The position numbers and the translations under genes were made by a program. A DNA stretch of 64,000 nt. It comes from Octopus sinensis (taxonomy: Eukaryota). Positions within the stretch are counted from its first letter, which is position 1, and each line of letters begins with the position of its first letter. Location: assembly GCF_006345805.1 (NCBI RefSeq), contig NC_043000.1, forward strand, positions 108,066,001 through 108,130,000. Direction: 5' to 3'. The notes beneath the pieces are model-generated. The model worked only from the letters and a program-made list of their open reading frames with translations, was not told the DNA's origin and searched no databases. Below are positions 37,407-51,845 of this stretch, in pieces.

Positions 37407-38039
37407 TGCTGGATTTGCTGGGTGGAGGTGCTTATCTCTACCTTTGAAAACATAAGGACACAGAAAATGTGTCACGGCCAACAGGAAACGGTGTTTCCTA
37501 GGGCTAAATAGCAGTGATATTCTTCGCTTTCATGGGACTGTAGCATTAAGTTGACAACATACCATCACGTTGAGCGTCAGACTAATACACCTGCTTGTTG
37601 TTTATACACCCGTCTTCGACTTTTATTTTTCTGTAAAGTTAAAATATGTATGTGTGTGTGTGTATAATCTTATATACACATACAAACACACATAGATCTA
37701 TGTGTTTGTGTGCGTGTATGTATGTATATAGACATATGTGTATGTACATACACACACACAAACGTATATATAGATAGATAGATCTGATTAAGTGTAAGCG
37801 TGTGTACGTTTGTTTGTAAGTCTCTCAACGCTTGACAGTTGATGTTAGTTTGTTTGCGTATCGTTAACATAGCGGTTCGGCTTAAAAGGACAGGATAATA
37901 AAATAATTACCTCGCACAATTTATTTGACCAAATCCTTGAAAGCTTTGTTTTAGCATGGCTGCAAAAAGTAAACGGTCAAAATTGTAAATGTTTGAACGA
38001 ATGTATTATGTACATATTGATACAAAAAAAGGGATATTC

Positions 38040-38800
38040 ATATTTTATACATATCTACTACTGAAGATTCTCTCCGTCACAATCGAGGCATTGTGCCATC
38101 GTGGGACGCAATTCTCGATATTTCTCTGAAGATTTCAGGTGTACTTACTTTTCTGTTTATTTATTGAACAGTTGTTCCTGAAGATTGCCTTTCTTTGGAT
38201 CAAAAAGATGGAAGTCTGTGGACACCAGATCCGTGTTGTATGATAATTGAGAAGCGCTAAGCAATCCAGTGACTTTATTGTCTAACTTGATCTCAAGTAT
38301 ATGTTTGCTCATGCATTGTAAATGTACATCTTTTTCAGATTCTTGTACTCGTCTTCTGAATAGGATGTCTAAACTTTCTGAGTTTCTGAATGTACTACCG
38401 GTTGTTCATGGTTGATTCCAGAGAATCAAGGATTAAGATGCTTTTGTCATCCCCAGAAATAATCACCGCTACTTTCTGTGCCAATCGCTGCCTATTCAAC
38501 GTGTTATGCCATGGAGAGGAGCTTTGATATCCCTTCATTGACTTTGTCTTCGATTCCAGATCATAAAGTTACGTCCACCTTACATGCACTATCAATACTC
38601 TGTGTTTACAAATGCTTCCAAGAGATTTAAAACAGACTTCCGCTCTTCTCTTCAAGAAATCGAATTTCAACTGCCGGCGTACGGAATTTACACATATTTT
38701 CTAATGCCCCTCTCTTCCATTACATTACGTAATGCTTGTCAATTACAGTCCATATGTACAAACAGCTTATGGGTTGTGTCTGCTTTAATCCGTACCAATC
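38040..38800 (-). mobile_element. highly decayed mariner-type transposase remnant
   Basis: Fragments LYDLESKTKSM..QKVAVIISGDDKSILILDSLE..LSYNTDLVSTDFHLF..AQCLDCDGE are colinear with mariner YEPESKRQSM..KVMATVFWDxxGVILIDFLE..PPYSPDLAPSDFHLF..KCxxxxGxY. Many stops. Confidence 0.6.
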
Positions 38801-39183
38801 AATCAATTTATTCTCTCGTAGGCAGTTTTATCAGTCGTGGCAGTTCATGATTTCTCATTGCATTGTTTGTCTTCAATGCGGGATTTCCTTTCCTTAAGCT
38901 TATTAATCCATATGTTAACATTGCTATTGATAGTGGTGTCATCTCCTTAAACCAGCAGCAAACCTGGAGCTCTTGGACAGATTTTTCGTCAAAGAGCCAA
39001 TGGGAGATCTCTGCTTCTTGCCGGAACCCAACTCGTTACATGTCTGCAATGACAAAGAACAGGAAGAAAAGTTATTTTCGAGGACGATTTGCTCTAACAA
39101 CATGTATAATTTTGAGGACGTATGTCGGTAAACAAAAAAAAAACAAACAAACTATCTCTTGCATTATTTTCCATAGGATCCCC

Positions 39184-39232
<49 letters not shown>

Positions 39233-39268
39233 AATATATGTATGTATGTATGTATGTATGTATATATA

Positions 39269-39424
39269 GGCGCAGACGTGGCTGTGGGGTAAGAAATTTG
39301 TTTTCCACCACATGGCTTCGGGTGCAGTCCCATTGAATGGCTCCTTGAGCGTCCATTAGCATAGCCTCGGCCGACCAAAGCTCTGTGAGTGGATTTAGTA
39401 GGCGGAGACTGAAAGAAACCTGTC

Positions 39425-39489
<65 letters not shown>

Positions 39490-39727
39490 CATATGTTTGT
39501 ATTTATGTGTGTGTGTTTGCCTGTGTTTGTCCCCTCCCCATTGCTTCACAACCGATGCTGGTGTGTTTATGTCGATGTAAATTAGCGGTTCGACCAAAGA
39601 ACCGATAAAATAAGTACTAGGCTTACAAAGAATTCGTCCTGGGGTCGACGTTATCGACTAAAACCCTTTAAGGCGCTACTCCAGCATGGCCGTAGTCATA
39701 TGACTGAAACAAGTAAAAGAGTAAAAA
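39269..39727 (+). mobile_element. SINE family A, full length
   Basis: Head, body, internal (TA)n/(TG)n and CTCCAGCATGGCCGTAGTCATATGACTGAAACAAGTAAAAGA tail. Confidence 0.9.
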
Positions 39728-42700
39728 AGAAAAAGAATATATGTATAGATACTTGTTTAAGTAAAACAAAAATGTGGAAACTATTCCATAGTAAATTAAT
39801 ATTCAATGTTGAGTTCTATAAAAATTATCACGTAACAATAGAAGAAACTTCCATTGCAGTAATCTTTAGATATCATGAAACAATATGACATATTATTAAT
39901 GGTAAAAGATTAACATTAAAATTATTATTATTTCTGCATGGCAATAAAATATATCATTATTGCATAAAGATCAAAGAAATCAAATTCTTCTGTTTGACAA
40001 TTGAAATGTTAAAACAACTCTTCTTGTTAGTGTTGCAGCAATATATATATATATAATTTCAGTCACATTTATCAAAGTAAAGTAACATATCAAGCGGTTG
40101 TCTTTCAATATATTTCAAAAGAAAAGACATAAAACAAATATTTTTTTGTGTGATATAATCACTTATCTTTTCTTCCTATTTTCTTTATCTCTTTCTACAC
40201 AAGGTTTAGTTATTTCGTTGGATTTCTCAACCATTTTTCTCCCATGCTACACTTCCATTTAAGAATCTGCACCCCATCTTGATTACTCAAAGTTAGTATA
40301 TGTCATATATATTTGTATTTAAAAGAAGTTTTAAATTAACCTTTATTTTAGATTTTATTCACTTGTTGATTTCTGCAGTGGGAACCTTGCTCTTGAAGCT
40401 GGTTGCAGATTTGTTTGAATCGAAAGACCGATTTCATCAGTTTCAGCCAAAAGTCCAAATGTTTACCGATTTCTAGTAGACTTCTCTTAGCTTGCAACAA
40501 AGCAATAAAAGTACTGAATGGGTAACATCATTAAATCGAAATTTGACTAAATTAGACTATGAAAAATATATCAATACTTCCCTGGCTAAAGTAATCGTGT
40601 TTCAGTCTTCTTTTTTGTTCTCTTAGTGCTAACCGCATCGTGGTTCCTTTGATTCTGAAAAGAGCTTCCTCGGGTTCATCTTGCAGCTACTTAGATAACT
40701 TATCTTGATATTGCGCTCTCTGCTACTTCGAAGAAATCCACTAGTAATAACTGAGTCAGTTAAGAGACACTCTATTGCTTTCAGCTTACGAAATCTGTTA
40801 GTGTAGACCCATTGGTCATTAATGTACATTTCCAGGTGATCAACAATAATTCTCTTTGCTCTATAATTCTCTTTGCTTACAGTTTTGCAGTCAAGAGAAT
40901 TGCCGATATTCTGTTGTAACGCCACTAATCCAGAACTATCACAAATGCAAATATTTCTGCTTCGACTCTTTGATTGATTGAAGTTACTTAATTAAAGAAC
41001 AAAGCTTATCAAAAATATTATCCAGGGAACTCGCGTAATCTTTACGTTATAAACAGGAGAGTCATATCAGGTTTATACTTCAAAACCTCACAAAGAATAT
41101 CATTCAGTTTCATAATACTGTTGCACTTCATTATTTTTGATCTGGTCCAACAAAAAGTGATGTGTTTCGAAGTTTCCAAAATATTGTTTAAATAGCAATA
41201 GTATTTTAAAACTATGCGTCCTCCTTTATACAAGATTGGATTCTAAATACAAATATACATGAAACATGAAAGCAATCTGTATTCTCAAGAAAGCATGGAA
41301 GGAGAACGAAAATATTGAAATAGTAGTTTTTATATAATACCAATTGCGTGCCTTTCTATAAAATTGATATAATTCTATAAAATTGATACAATGATTTCTC
41401 GATGGGTTTTCATGCGATATTTTAAAATACAACAAATAAACCAATAGTTCAAATAGCAACGGGCTTTTCACTATAAGAGCTAAGACAAGATAAACATAGG
41501 ACATTATTATTTTGAACCATTCATTTAAAAGAATTGTTACTGAGTAATATGTACCTTACGTATTGATTCCTTACCGCTTGGTGAATTATCAAGTATTAAC
41601 ACAGGTACACACACACACACATACACACACAAACACGCACACACTCACAGGTATGAAAATATCAGTAAAGGATATGACATTCCGTTCAAAATAGACGACG
41701 TATATCTTGCAATCAAAATATTATCGACTTCCACTGAGTAGGATATCACCATGCACATTCTCTTTGATGTTTACGTCTGTACTTAAATCTTAGCGATCAT
41801 CCAATTATGTATATTTGGTAGCAAATATATTTGTAAAATCACACAACTCTTCATTATAATAAGCTGATGTATACGCCCGCTTGTCTGAATGAATCACGAG
41901 AATATTATGATTGTTATAAGTGTTATATTCCTACGCATCGAAGTAAAATATAGTTTTACACAGTAGTGATGCTAAAACTTTAAATAATGAATTTCCAATA
42001 TCAAGGTTTAAATTTCTAATTAACATTCATAACGATATAACGATATGAAGTTTGTATACATGTATAATCTTTATGAAGTTGAAAACAATGAAAAGCAATC
42101 TAATTTGTTAATCTGTAGTGATACATAAATTGCCCAATGGTCTAATTTTCTGACAAATCTGCACGTCATATGAAATATTTTAATTATTTGTTAATTTCTT
42201 TGGATACGCGTCTAAGTAATTATCTTAGAGATCTAAATTGCAATTAATAAACTGAATTTATTCCCCAGAGTCCATTATAGAATGACCTTTATTACGTATT
42301 TAACTATACTAGTGATTCATTTATTTGTTACTTATAAACATTCGTTGATTGCAATCATAATGATAATATCTGGTTTATGGCATAAAGCAATATTTTGAGG
42401 CGAGGAGGTATTAATGGATGATAACCCCAGTAGCTGATTGGTAATTTATTTTATTTTTTACGAAATCTAAGAGATGAAAGGCAATTTTGTATCTAATTCC
42501 CACTTTGCGTTTCATCCCTCGGTGAACATAAAATAAAGCATTTCTCAATCACTGCACTAAGCATTGTGAGTGGTCTTTCCATCACATAATGTATAAGTTG
42601 TGGAACTGGAAGGATCATTAGGGTGTCGGATAGATATATTTTTGGGTGTCTCTCCCGACTCTTTAATTTTTTAGTCCAAATCTCACTGCTTTTAACTTTG

Positions 42701-43235
42701 TCTCGTATCCCTCAGGAATTGATGAAATAAAGTACCATCAAATACTAGGGTAAATGGTACTGAATAATCACTTTTCCATACACACGCCTTTATATCAATT
42801 GTTGACTTTATATCTTATCTAAACTAAAGTGTTGAAACGGCAGAATCGTTAAAGGGTTGGAAATCGCCATTAGAAGTTAAAAGATGTTCCATACATATTC
42901 AGACTAATTTAAAATTTATTTATTTCTCACCACTGCTTAGCGTTGCTAATACATACTATATTTGTTCTGACTGGGTGGTCCTTGAACCCAAGTTAGTAAC
43001 TAATATTGACTGTTCCATTATAAAGCTACGACTTTCCAATCTGTTCAGAGTTATCTTCCTTCGGTATCTCTTATTGCGGAAGGTTAGGGAGCCAGAAGCG
43101 CGTCTGAGTCCGATAGGGAGCGACACTGAGCAAATAAGGCGTTACCATTAGCGAGAGTGTTTTCTCCACGGTAAACTACAGTAGAATTGCATTTATATGG
43201 TAAAAAAATCACAAACATATTTGTAGCTGTAAATA

Positions 43236-43385
43236 GGCATAGGTATGGCTGTGTGATAAGAAGTTTGCTCACCAATCAAAAATTCCTGCGTTCAATCGCA
43301 GTGCGTGGCACCTAGGGTAACTGCTTTCTATTATAGTCCTGGGCCGACCAAAATTCCTGTGACTGGATTTGGTAGATGGAGACTG
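43236..43385 (+). mobile_element. SINE family A 5' part
   Basis: GGCATAGGTATGGCTGTGTGATAAGAAG..GCGTGGCACC..GGGCCGACC..GGATTTGGTAGA. Confidence 0.7.
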
Positions 43386-43430
43386 ATTACTAAAGAAGTC
43401 CTCTGTCGTTTATGACAGCAGACTCCCTTA

Positions 43431-43900
43431 TCTTTATATATATAAAACTGAGAATGTGTGTGTGTGTCTGCCTGTCTGTGTGTTTCCCTAAAATTTGAGA
43501 ACTACACAACCAATTTCATTCAAATTTTACACATGCCTTACTTAGGGTCCATGTAGTTTCATGGGCAAAAAAATGTTCAACTTCTTGTCTAGAACGAGCC
43601 CATAGCAATGTCATGTCTTCTCCACTATTTCAGGATTGCATGTTAAAAGTGAAACAGAAACATTTCTCTATTTTACGTCAGATACTTTCACTTTAACAAT
43701 AAAAAAATAATAATAACAATTGAATTATATGTAGTAAGTAATAATTAAAATCAAACTAAAGTATAATATAATCGTAACATAACAAAATTAAAATTAGCAA
43801 TTGGTATAAAATTGCATCAATGACTTGAACTTGAATAAGTGGTTTCACCTGAATGGGAATAAATTAAAAATAAAATTAGCGTGCAGAAATGGAATAGTCT
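43431..43900 (+). mobile_element. Helitron-like non-autonomous element (5' end; right boundary uncertain)
   Basis: A|TCTTTATATATATAAAA start followed by a (TG)n motif, as in the other Helitron 5' ends here. Confidence 0.45.
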
Positions 43901-44466
43901 AGATAGATAATAAAAAATGAAATTAAAGAAAAGACTATTGTCTATAAAGTACACAATGTAGAGAAAAAAGAAGATTTGAACACATGGAGGAAAGCACCTT
44001 CGAAAAGTGTCTTGGTGCGACTATGAAAGATATCTAATCAGAGGCGGTAAATTCGCCACAATAGAAGCAAGGTTCGAGTCAACGGAGCGTGCAGGGGAGT
44101 ACTCGACTCGAACTTGCAAAGTGAAAATATTCTATTTTTACCTTTATATCTGGGACGTAGGACGTCCCGGAAAAAATTTTTAAATGCACCCCCCCCCCCG
44201 CCCGAAGTAGAGGTAGGCTGGATTGTAGCCACACTTCTATACAAGAGGGAGGACAAGATACAATTGATCGAAATTACAAGAGACGGGCTAACAATTCCAG
44301 TCTGTTATATATTTTGAGTATTGTTATCACTAGCGATGTCAACATATAACTTTGTATTTTGTTGTAGATGTATATATATAGAAGTACATGTAATATGTAC
44401 ACATATATATACACATATATACATGCACTAACACTATGAACCGGCAACGACGGGTCTTTAATGCTA

Positions 44467-44537
<71 letters not shown>

Positions 44538-44579
44538 GAGAGAGAGCAGGGTTATACATTTCCAGTATTCTCCGAGAAA

Positions 44580-44740
44580 ATTGTTGGTCATGGGAAAATG
44601 TTTGCTTGGAGAGAGGTGAGCGTTGGCTATAGGAAGGGCATCCAATCGTAGAAAGTCTGTCTCAAATAAACATCTTCCGATGTATGGAAGCATGGAAAAT
44701 TAGACGTTAAATGTTTAGGATGATAACGATTATGATGATG
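44580..44740 (+). mobile_element. SINE/LINE 3' tail fragment (RTE-like)
   Basis: GGAAGGGCATCCAATCGTAGAAA..GCATGGAAAATTAGACGTTAAATG followed by a (GAT)n-like tail. Family assignment is from memory. Confidence 0.5.
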
Positions 44741-46990
44741 GAAATAAAAGGAATTTAATAAATAAGATAACAATGTAAGAGAATGAGTAAAAGGGAAATT
44801 GGAATGACAAATTTTAAGGGGTATCGAAAGAGTAGAAAATGAATTATTAGAACGTGTATGGGATCAGGAGCGAAGAAATAGAGAGGAAAACATGAATCAA
44901 AAAAAGAATGCTTTAACAATTTATTACAAATGAGATAAAGAATTCAAAGCAAGAGAAAAGTTTGGAATTAAAGAGACGGAGCGGCAAGGAAATTGGAATC
45001 ATAAGGTTTGAACTTTGTGTAAGTCTAAGAATACTTGTAAATGGCAATATGTTTGGAAACACTTTCGAGGAAGCCTCACTGTTTAATCAAAGACACATTG
45101 CAATCTTTATATGTAGGAAATTAACTGTTGCTATGGATAGTTAATATGCAAAGAAAACTGTATGCAAAGAAAAATGTAGGAAATACTAATAATAACGATG
45201 ATGATAGTAATTGATGGAATAAATATTCTAATTATACGATATTGTAATAATTATATCGGAATGGTTGTAATGTTATGAATTATTACGTGTTGAGACAAAA
45301 TGTCAAAACTTTCAGTAATGTTTACAGTTTTGTGTCCCAATCCCCAAAATGTAATTGTATTTTGTAATTCTTTTACGATGTAAATGATTGAAAAACTATT
45401 TCAAGAGGAGGAGAGGGAAAGAAAAATAGCAGAAAACCAACTTTTCATGCAATAAATTAAGTTTTAATTGAAGTGGAATAAACTGAAAGAGGATACGCTT
45501 ACTAGAACTCGTTTTAGAATTTAGGGAAATAAATTAACTCCAACTTTATTTAGTTAATAATATGAGTGAGGGGTAAAAAACTAATGGCCGATGTATTAGA
45601 GGAAGCGGAAAAGAAGCGAAGAGAAATTAGGAATATACTTGCATTTATACTGATACTTTAGAAGTATATGATAAACATATTCAATGAATGTTATCATTTC
45701 TTGTCCAAGGGACAATTTCAACGTATCAAGTGCTGCTTAAATAGGTACCTCTGCTACGTTATCGTTTGGTGGTTAGACATTAGATTGCGTATTTAAACTA
45801 TTAGTACCCTTAAAAAATGAAAGTCCTTATAAAATACCTCGTACAAGTGAGTATGTCTGCTTCTTAACCTACTTGTTACCAAATCACTCTTCAAATACAC
45901 TGTCTTTGTTAATTTTTAAAATGATGAAATATTTAGTAAAATAGCTTTTCTCGTTACTAAGATGTACTTTGAACAAATAAAAATGAAATTTTGATAGAAT
46001 ATTCTGATGTAGATGTCTTTGCACTAGGAAGTGTATATCATTGAACCAAGGTCGCTGTCAAGTGGGTTAATATCAAAAAGATGAAACAGGTCCCGTACTT
46101 GTGGCTACCAATCATATGATCAATGAATTCCTCCATAATATGAATGCTATCAATGGCAGCTTTGGAAGAAACATAATTTCATTGTAGCTGAGGATACATT
46201 CTATTTTCATGTACAATACAAAATGCTATTATTAATAAATGTTTCGAACAATTTCATCACTGACAGCATTTCTGATAATATCATTTCACTCAAAATATAG
46301 GAGCCACAGAAGAACAAAAGGATTTTTAAATTGTCTGATTGGAAGTGGAACCACTTCAAGTCTGCAGAGATTAGCTTAAGATGATATCAATGGATCATCC
46401 TTTTCTTGCATTTAAGATGCTTAGTAATTTCTTTTTCTTTCCTTTTTCTTTTTGTTTGTTGCTGAAGCATTCAAAGAAGAGGGAAGAACACGTGCAAGTC
46501 TTTCCCCTAGGACTTTTATTGCGATCTTGTAAAACAAACAACCACCAATAAATGTCCAAACGTAATTTGGTAGTGATCAAAAGTATAGATAAAATATTCA
46601 ATGATATTTAGGATAGATAGTAAATGATATGCAATAGAATTCCGAAATTCTATGGTTCTTTAACTCAATTAATTCCACTGGGGTGCCACAGCACAGATTG
46701 AATTTTGAATTAGAACTAACTCTAATATTATGTAATAAGTCAATTCAGCAAGGACTTAATCATGCAACTTCGCAACTTGGTTAGAAATTGTTAATTCTAA
46801 TGCATTAAAGGTTTCTTAACCCTTTTACTATGGAAATGTAATACATACATTCAAAATTTCCCTACCCTTAACTCAGAAAGCAGATTTACGTTTAAAATTG
46901 TTTTCTGTTGAGTAAATCAAGTTTATGGAGGCAAAGTGACTTGCACGAAAATACTAATTCTATCTTTTGGTTGATATTTAACATCATTAA

Positions 46991-47160
46991 GCCGGCAAAC
47001 TGGCAGAGTCGTTAGCACGCCGAGCAAAATGCTTAGCGGTATTTCGTCTGTCCTGAGTTCAAATAACGCCGAAGTTGACTTTGCTTTTCATCATCTCGAC
47101 TGGATTTGATGTAATTGATATTCCGTCTCCCAAAGTACTTGTGCCAACATTTGAAAGCCA
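46991..47160 (+). mobile_element. SINE family B
   Basis: GGCAGAGTCGTTAGCACGCCG..TGCTTAGCGGTATTTCGTCTG..GAGTTCAAAT..GACTTTGCTTTTCATC. Confidence 0.8.
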
Positions 47161-48076
47161 TATTACAAAAGAAATCAAATTACTATAAGATCAACTTATT
47201 CAATGACAACTAGTAAAACACAGGGTTCAAATAGTTAGCCCAAAGACTATTATTCAGCGTCAAATAAATACTGCGATATTTTTTGGAAAGGTACACAGGT
47301 TATTATTAAAGTAGTTAATTGCTAAAGAAAACTAAATGAGACAAAAATGAATAAACGTCTTGCATAGAAGGAAGAATTAGTTATATGCGTTCACACACAT
47401 ACACACACATCCACTTCCACCCAACAAATATAAATATATGCGTCTTTACAAGCATTCGTAGTGTATACGTTCGTTCATGTACACTCTGGCTGGAAAGGCA
47501 TTTTGCTTTCGAATTATTCTGAGAAGAAGCTCTCCTGATAGGCAAGATGTATGAAAACACGTTGGGCTATGATTAACGTCATCAGAATGTGAGATGTGTG
47601 TGTTTCTGTGTTGTGAGTCGTCAGCTACGAATACGGAGACTATTTCTGTAGTGTATATTTTATTCAAGACTGCACCGCGCTACCTTAGTTTATAAATTTC
47701 TTTAAAAATAATTACTAGTGTACTGATTTTAATTATACTGTGTTTTTATAATCACATTGATATACTAGTAATCATTGTAATATTAATTATAATCATTAAT
47801 TATTAAGCGTTGAACTAAAATGAAATAAATATTTAACTTCCTCCCCATCCATCCACAGCTGGCATAATACTTTAAAGGAATTAGTTGCCATTGTATGATT
47901 GTATACGAAAGTAATTTAAACCTTAGCTTTCAATAACCCTAGAGACTACAATTTTTTCAGCTAGTTAGAATAGTATGAATCAACTTTATAATTGATCTTT
48001 TTATCGGGATATGATTATATCTAAAATTATTTTTTAATACAATAGTTCTCAGTTCAGACAGCATGCATGCTACATA

Positions 48077-48116
<40 letters not shown>

Positions 48117-48123
<7 letters not shown>

Positions 48124-48650
48124 TAAAATACAAACTGGGACAAGAACGCAAAGCATCCGGACAACTAGGTGATACAAAAAGAGACAACAAGACATCCAGA
48201 TAGACGATACACGAAAGCAAGAACGGGTCATTCGAAGCCTTTTATCTTCAGTCAAGAACCGGATCATCCTCGCAATTTAGGTTGATGAATCTTGAGATTG
48301 TTCCAATCTGGCCAGCCCCAAGGAAAAACTAAGCTAAGAGCATTAGATTCCTTGGAAAAAAGCATCGAATGTATACGAAAACAAGGACGGAAAAACAGAC
48401 GATGTTACAAGATGGTTGACCGGTTTCACTTTTTTAGAAAAAAGATTGTCAAAAGTAAAATCTAAAGCTTTGCATAAGCTTTGTTGTTTTAAGTACTGGT
48501 TATCACAAAAGTATTAAAATACAGTTATACATTCTTTGATAATGATAAGAAAATGTTAAAAACAGTTTACAAGAAAGTATTTGAGAAATTATTCAGAACG
48601 GGACTACAATAAGTATCATGAGATCAATAAAAATCATGTTTGTTTGGTAG

Positions 48651-48681
<31 letters not shown>

Positions 48682-49208
48682 TAAAATACAAACTGGGACA
48701 AGAACGCAAAGCATCCGGACAACTAGGTGATACAAAAAGAGACAACAAGACATCCAGATAGACGATACACAAAAGCAAGAACGGGTCATTCGAAGCCTTT
48801 TATCTTCAGTCAAGAACCGGATCATCCTCGCAATTTAGGTTGATGAATCTTGAGATTGTTCCAATCTGGCCAGCCCCAAGGAAAAACTAAGCTAAGAGCA
48901 TTAGATTCCTTGGAAAAAAGCATCGAATGTATACGAAAACAAGGACGGAAAAACAGACGATGTTACAAGATGGTTGACCGGTTTCACTTTTTTAGAAAAA
49001 AGATTGTCAAAAGTAAAATCTAAAGCTTTGCATAAGCTTTGTTGTTTTAAGTACTGGTTATCACAAAAGTATTAAAATACAGTTATACATTCTTTGATAA
49101 TGATAAGAAAATGTTAAAAACAGTTTACAAGAAAGTATTTGAGAAATTATTCAGAACGGGACTACAATAAGTATCATGAGATCAATAAAAATCATGTTTG
49201 TTTGGTAG
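48117..49208. repeat. near-perfect tandem duplication (558-bp period) of family T + unique segment, separated by (TA)n
   Basis: 48117-48650 and 48675-49208 differ by one substitution that I could see. (TA)n lies before, between and after the units. Confidence 0.92.
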
Positions 49209-49399
49209 TATATATATATATATATATATATACAGAGGGAGATATATTTAAGAGGAATAACTGACCTGACTATCTGACATTTTCTGTCTTGTGTATAGCT
49301 AAGGAATGTTTGCTATTTTAAGAGATAGGGTGGGAAGTTGGTTGGGGGGAAGGAAGAGCAATGTGGAATCAAAAGGATTTTTTTAATTTCTTGTCTAGT

Positions 49400-49985
49400 C
49401 TGTCATGATTAAGTGGTTTTTGGGACTGATATTAGAGGTCAGAATGGTGTTGGTGTGTGTGTCTGTGTACGTCTCTATGTCTGTGTGGTGGTGGTGGGGG
49501 GCGTTTTTGATTGGTCCCAGAGTTTATTGTGGTGTGTGTATATGGATCTCTGTGTGTGTTATATTTGGTAGGATGGTGTGTGTATATGTGTGCACGTTTG
49601 TGTGAGTGTATGTGTGTGATTAGTATTTGTCAGGGTGTTGCGTGTGCGTTTGTATGTTTTTTATGTTTGTGTGAGTGTGTGTATGTGTCGTGAATTTGTC
49701 GGGGTGGTGTGAGTCATTGTGTGTGTGCATGCGTGTGTGTATGTGTGTGTGTTTGTGTTTTTTGTGGTTGCTGGGATTCTATTTTGTGTATATGTGTGTA
49801 TACTTGTCTTTTGAGTGTGTGCGTGTGATTTTTTACTGGGGAATGGGTGTATTGTGTTTGTGCGTGTGTGTACATATTTGTGCATATATGCATATGTGTG
49901 TGTGTGTGGGGGGGGGTTGTGATATATTTGCGTGCTTGTGTGTGTATCTGTGTATGTGTTGTCGTGTTTGTGAGTGCACTGTAGT
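49400..49985. repeat. degenerate (GT)-rich low-complexity tract
   Basis: Directly visible. Source of the V/C-rich ORFs. Confidence 0.9.
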
Positions 49986-50639
49986 AACGTTAAATGAAGT
50001 ATTTTGCTCAGGAACACACCGCATTGCCCAGCCTGAGAATAGAACCCACAATCTTACGATCATGATCCCAATGCCCCTAACCACAAAAACACACGTCTCC
50101 ACAATCAACATATAGCATATGTCATATTATGATAGTCATTCATATAAAATAGATTTCTTCTGCTTCATTACTTTTCTTGTTAATTTTGTTTATAGATATC
50201 TTTTCCCCAGATTTCTTCCTACTTTATCATGTCTTACCATTTCTCAAACTGTCATTAAAATTCTTTGGAAATTGAAGTCCATAACTGAATGACGCATAAA
50301 TACTCATTTTGTTGAGAGCACTCTAAGGGACGCATCATGAGATATGTTGTTTTCTGTCGAGAGAAACTCATATCATTAATAATTCTCCCTTGAATGTAAG
50401 AAGAATAAAAGTAGAGTGACATCGTCTGCTTTTATTCACTGTGCAAAATAACTACATAAAATGAATGACAGAATAAAAGAGACGTTCTAACCCCAAGAAG
50501 AATTGATTGGACGTCGTTTTTTCCATATATATGCATATATGTATTTTGTAGATATATGCAGAAATATATACGATATTCTACCTTCATACAAATGCATACG
50601 CCTATGTGTATTAATTTGCATGTTCCTGTTTATATATAC

Positions 50640-50689
<50 letters not shown>

Positions 50690-51179
50690 GTGTGTGTATA
50701 CATGTATGTATACGCTCACATATACGAGGTGCATTGTAGACGTTTGCAGACTTTTCTCAGGGAAGACATTTATTAATTTTGAAGGAAATGGAAAAATTCT
50801 AATCTCTTTTGAAGGCGAATTCTCTGACTGACTTTTATGCAGTTGTTGTGTTGCTCGACCACTTCCGTAAGGCTTCGTGTGTGTGAAAGAGAGTGAAAGA
50901 CATAAGATAGGGTTACATTCTTTCCAAAATAATAAATAAATATTGATACCTTGAATTGTAATTAAACTTCAAAAGTCTGACCACATGGATACAATACAAT
51001 TGGAAAATGCCCCTTTATCTTTCAATTTCACCACTTTAATTTTTCACTTCTTCTTTCTCTCTCTCTTTCCCTCTTATGCTCGTCCCTGTCCTTTTTCTCC
51101 TTTTCTTTAAAAAGCAAAAGCGACATCTTGAAATGTCATTTGCTACTTTTAAATGAAAAACCATCCTCAAAATATATAT

Positions 51180-51530
51180 AAAAAACTGGAACAAAAAGGG
51201 AATAGAGGACAATAAAACATTTGGACAGATAGACGATACGAAGGCGGACATGAGAAACAGCAATTAGAAGGACAGGGAAAAAGAGACGGATCATTCGTGG
51301 CCTCCTTTCCTGAGTCTAAGTTACCAGAAGTCCTTACTGTTTCGGGCAGTTGCACTTGAGACAGTTCGATCTTGTTGCCCCCAAAATAGTCTAAGTTAAG
51401 AGCATTAGATTTTTTGTAAGAAATCTAGCGAATGTGTACGGCAACAAAGACAGAAAACGGAGAACACAGTTACAAATTCAAGCAACAAGAATATAACAAC
51501 AGATGTCTTTCGACTGAGGACGAATAAAAT
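51180..51530. mobile_element. diverged family T copy
   Basis: GATAGACGATAC..GGATCATTCG..AAGAGCATTAG..GCGAATGT..AACAACAGATGTCTTTCGACT. Confidence 0.65.
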
Positions 51531-51813
51531 ATTCTCTATTTGTATAAAATCCATGAAACTTTCTATAAAATTTATTTTGAAAAATTCTCATGAATGGAGG
51601 AAAGCGCTAATAAACAATTATCCAAAATTCTGACTGCCTGCTTTTTCTTAACATACAATATTCGTAGATTGCTTCAAACACTCTATGCATACATACATAC
51701 ATACATACATACATACATACATACATACATACATACATACATACATACATACATACATACATACGGATACATAAGGATACATACATACGCACATACATAC
51801 GTACATACATACG

Positions 51814-51845
<32 letters not shown>

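Noticed and set aside
40405-40450. CUGAUGA-AAUCG/CGAUU on the minus strand
   Set aside because: G12 is replaced by C (CAAA) and there are no credible stems I or III.
44760-45144. Purine-rich stretch with ORF MELKRRSG.. suggested as a PLE endonuclease remnant
   Set aside because: Motif matches are too weak to distinguish from low-complexity sequence.
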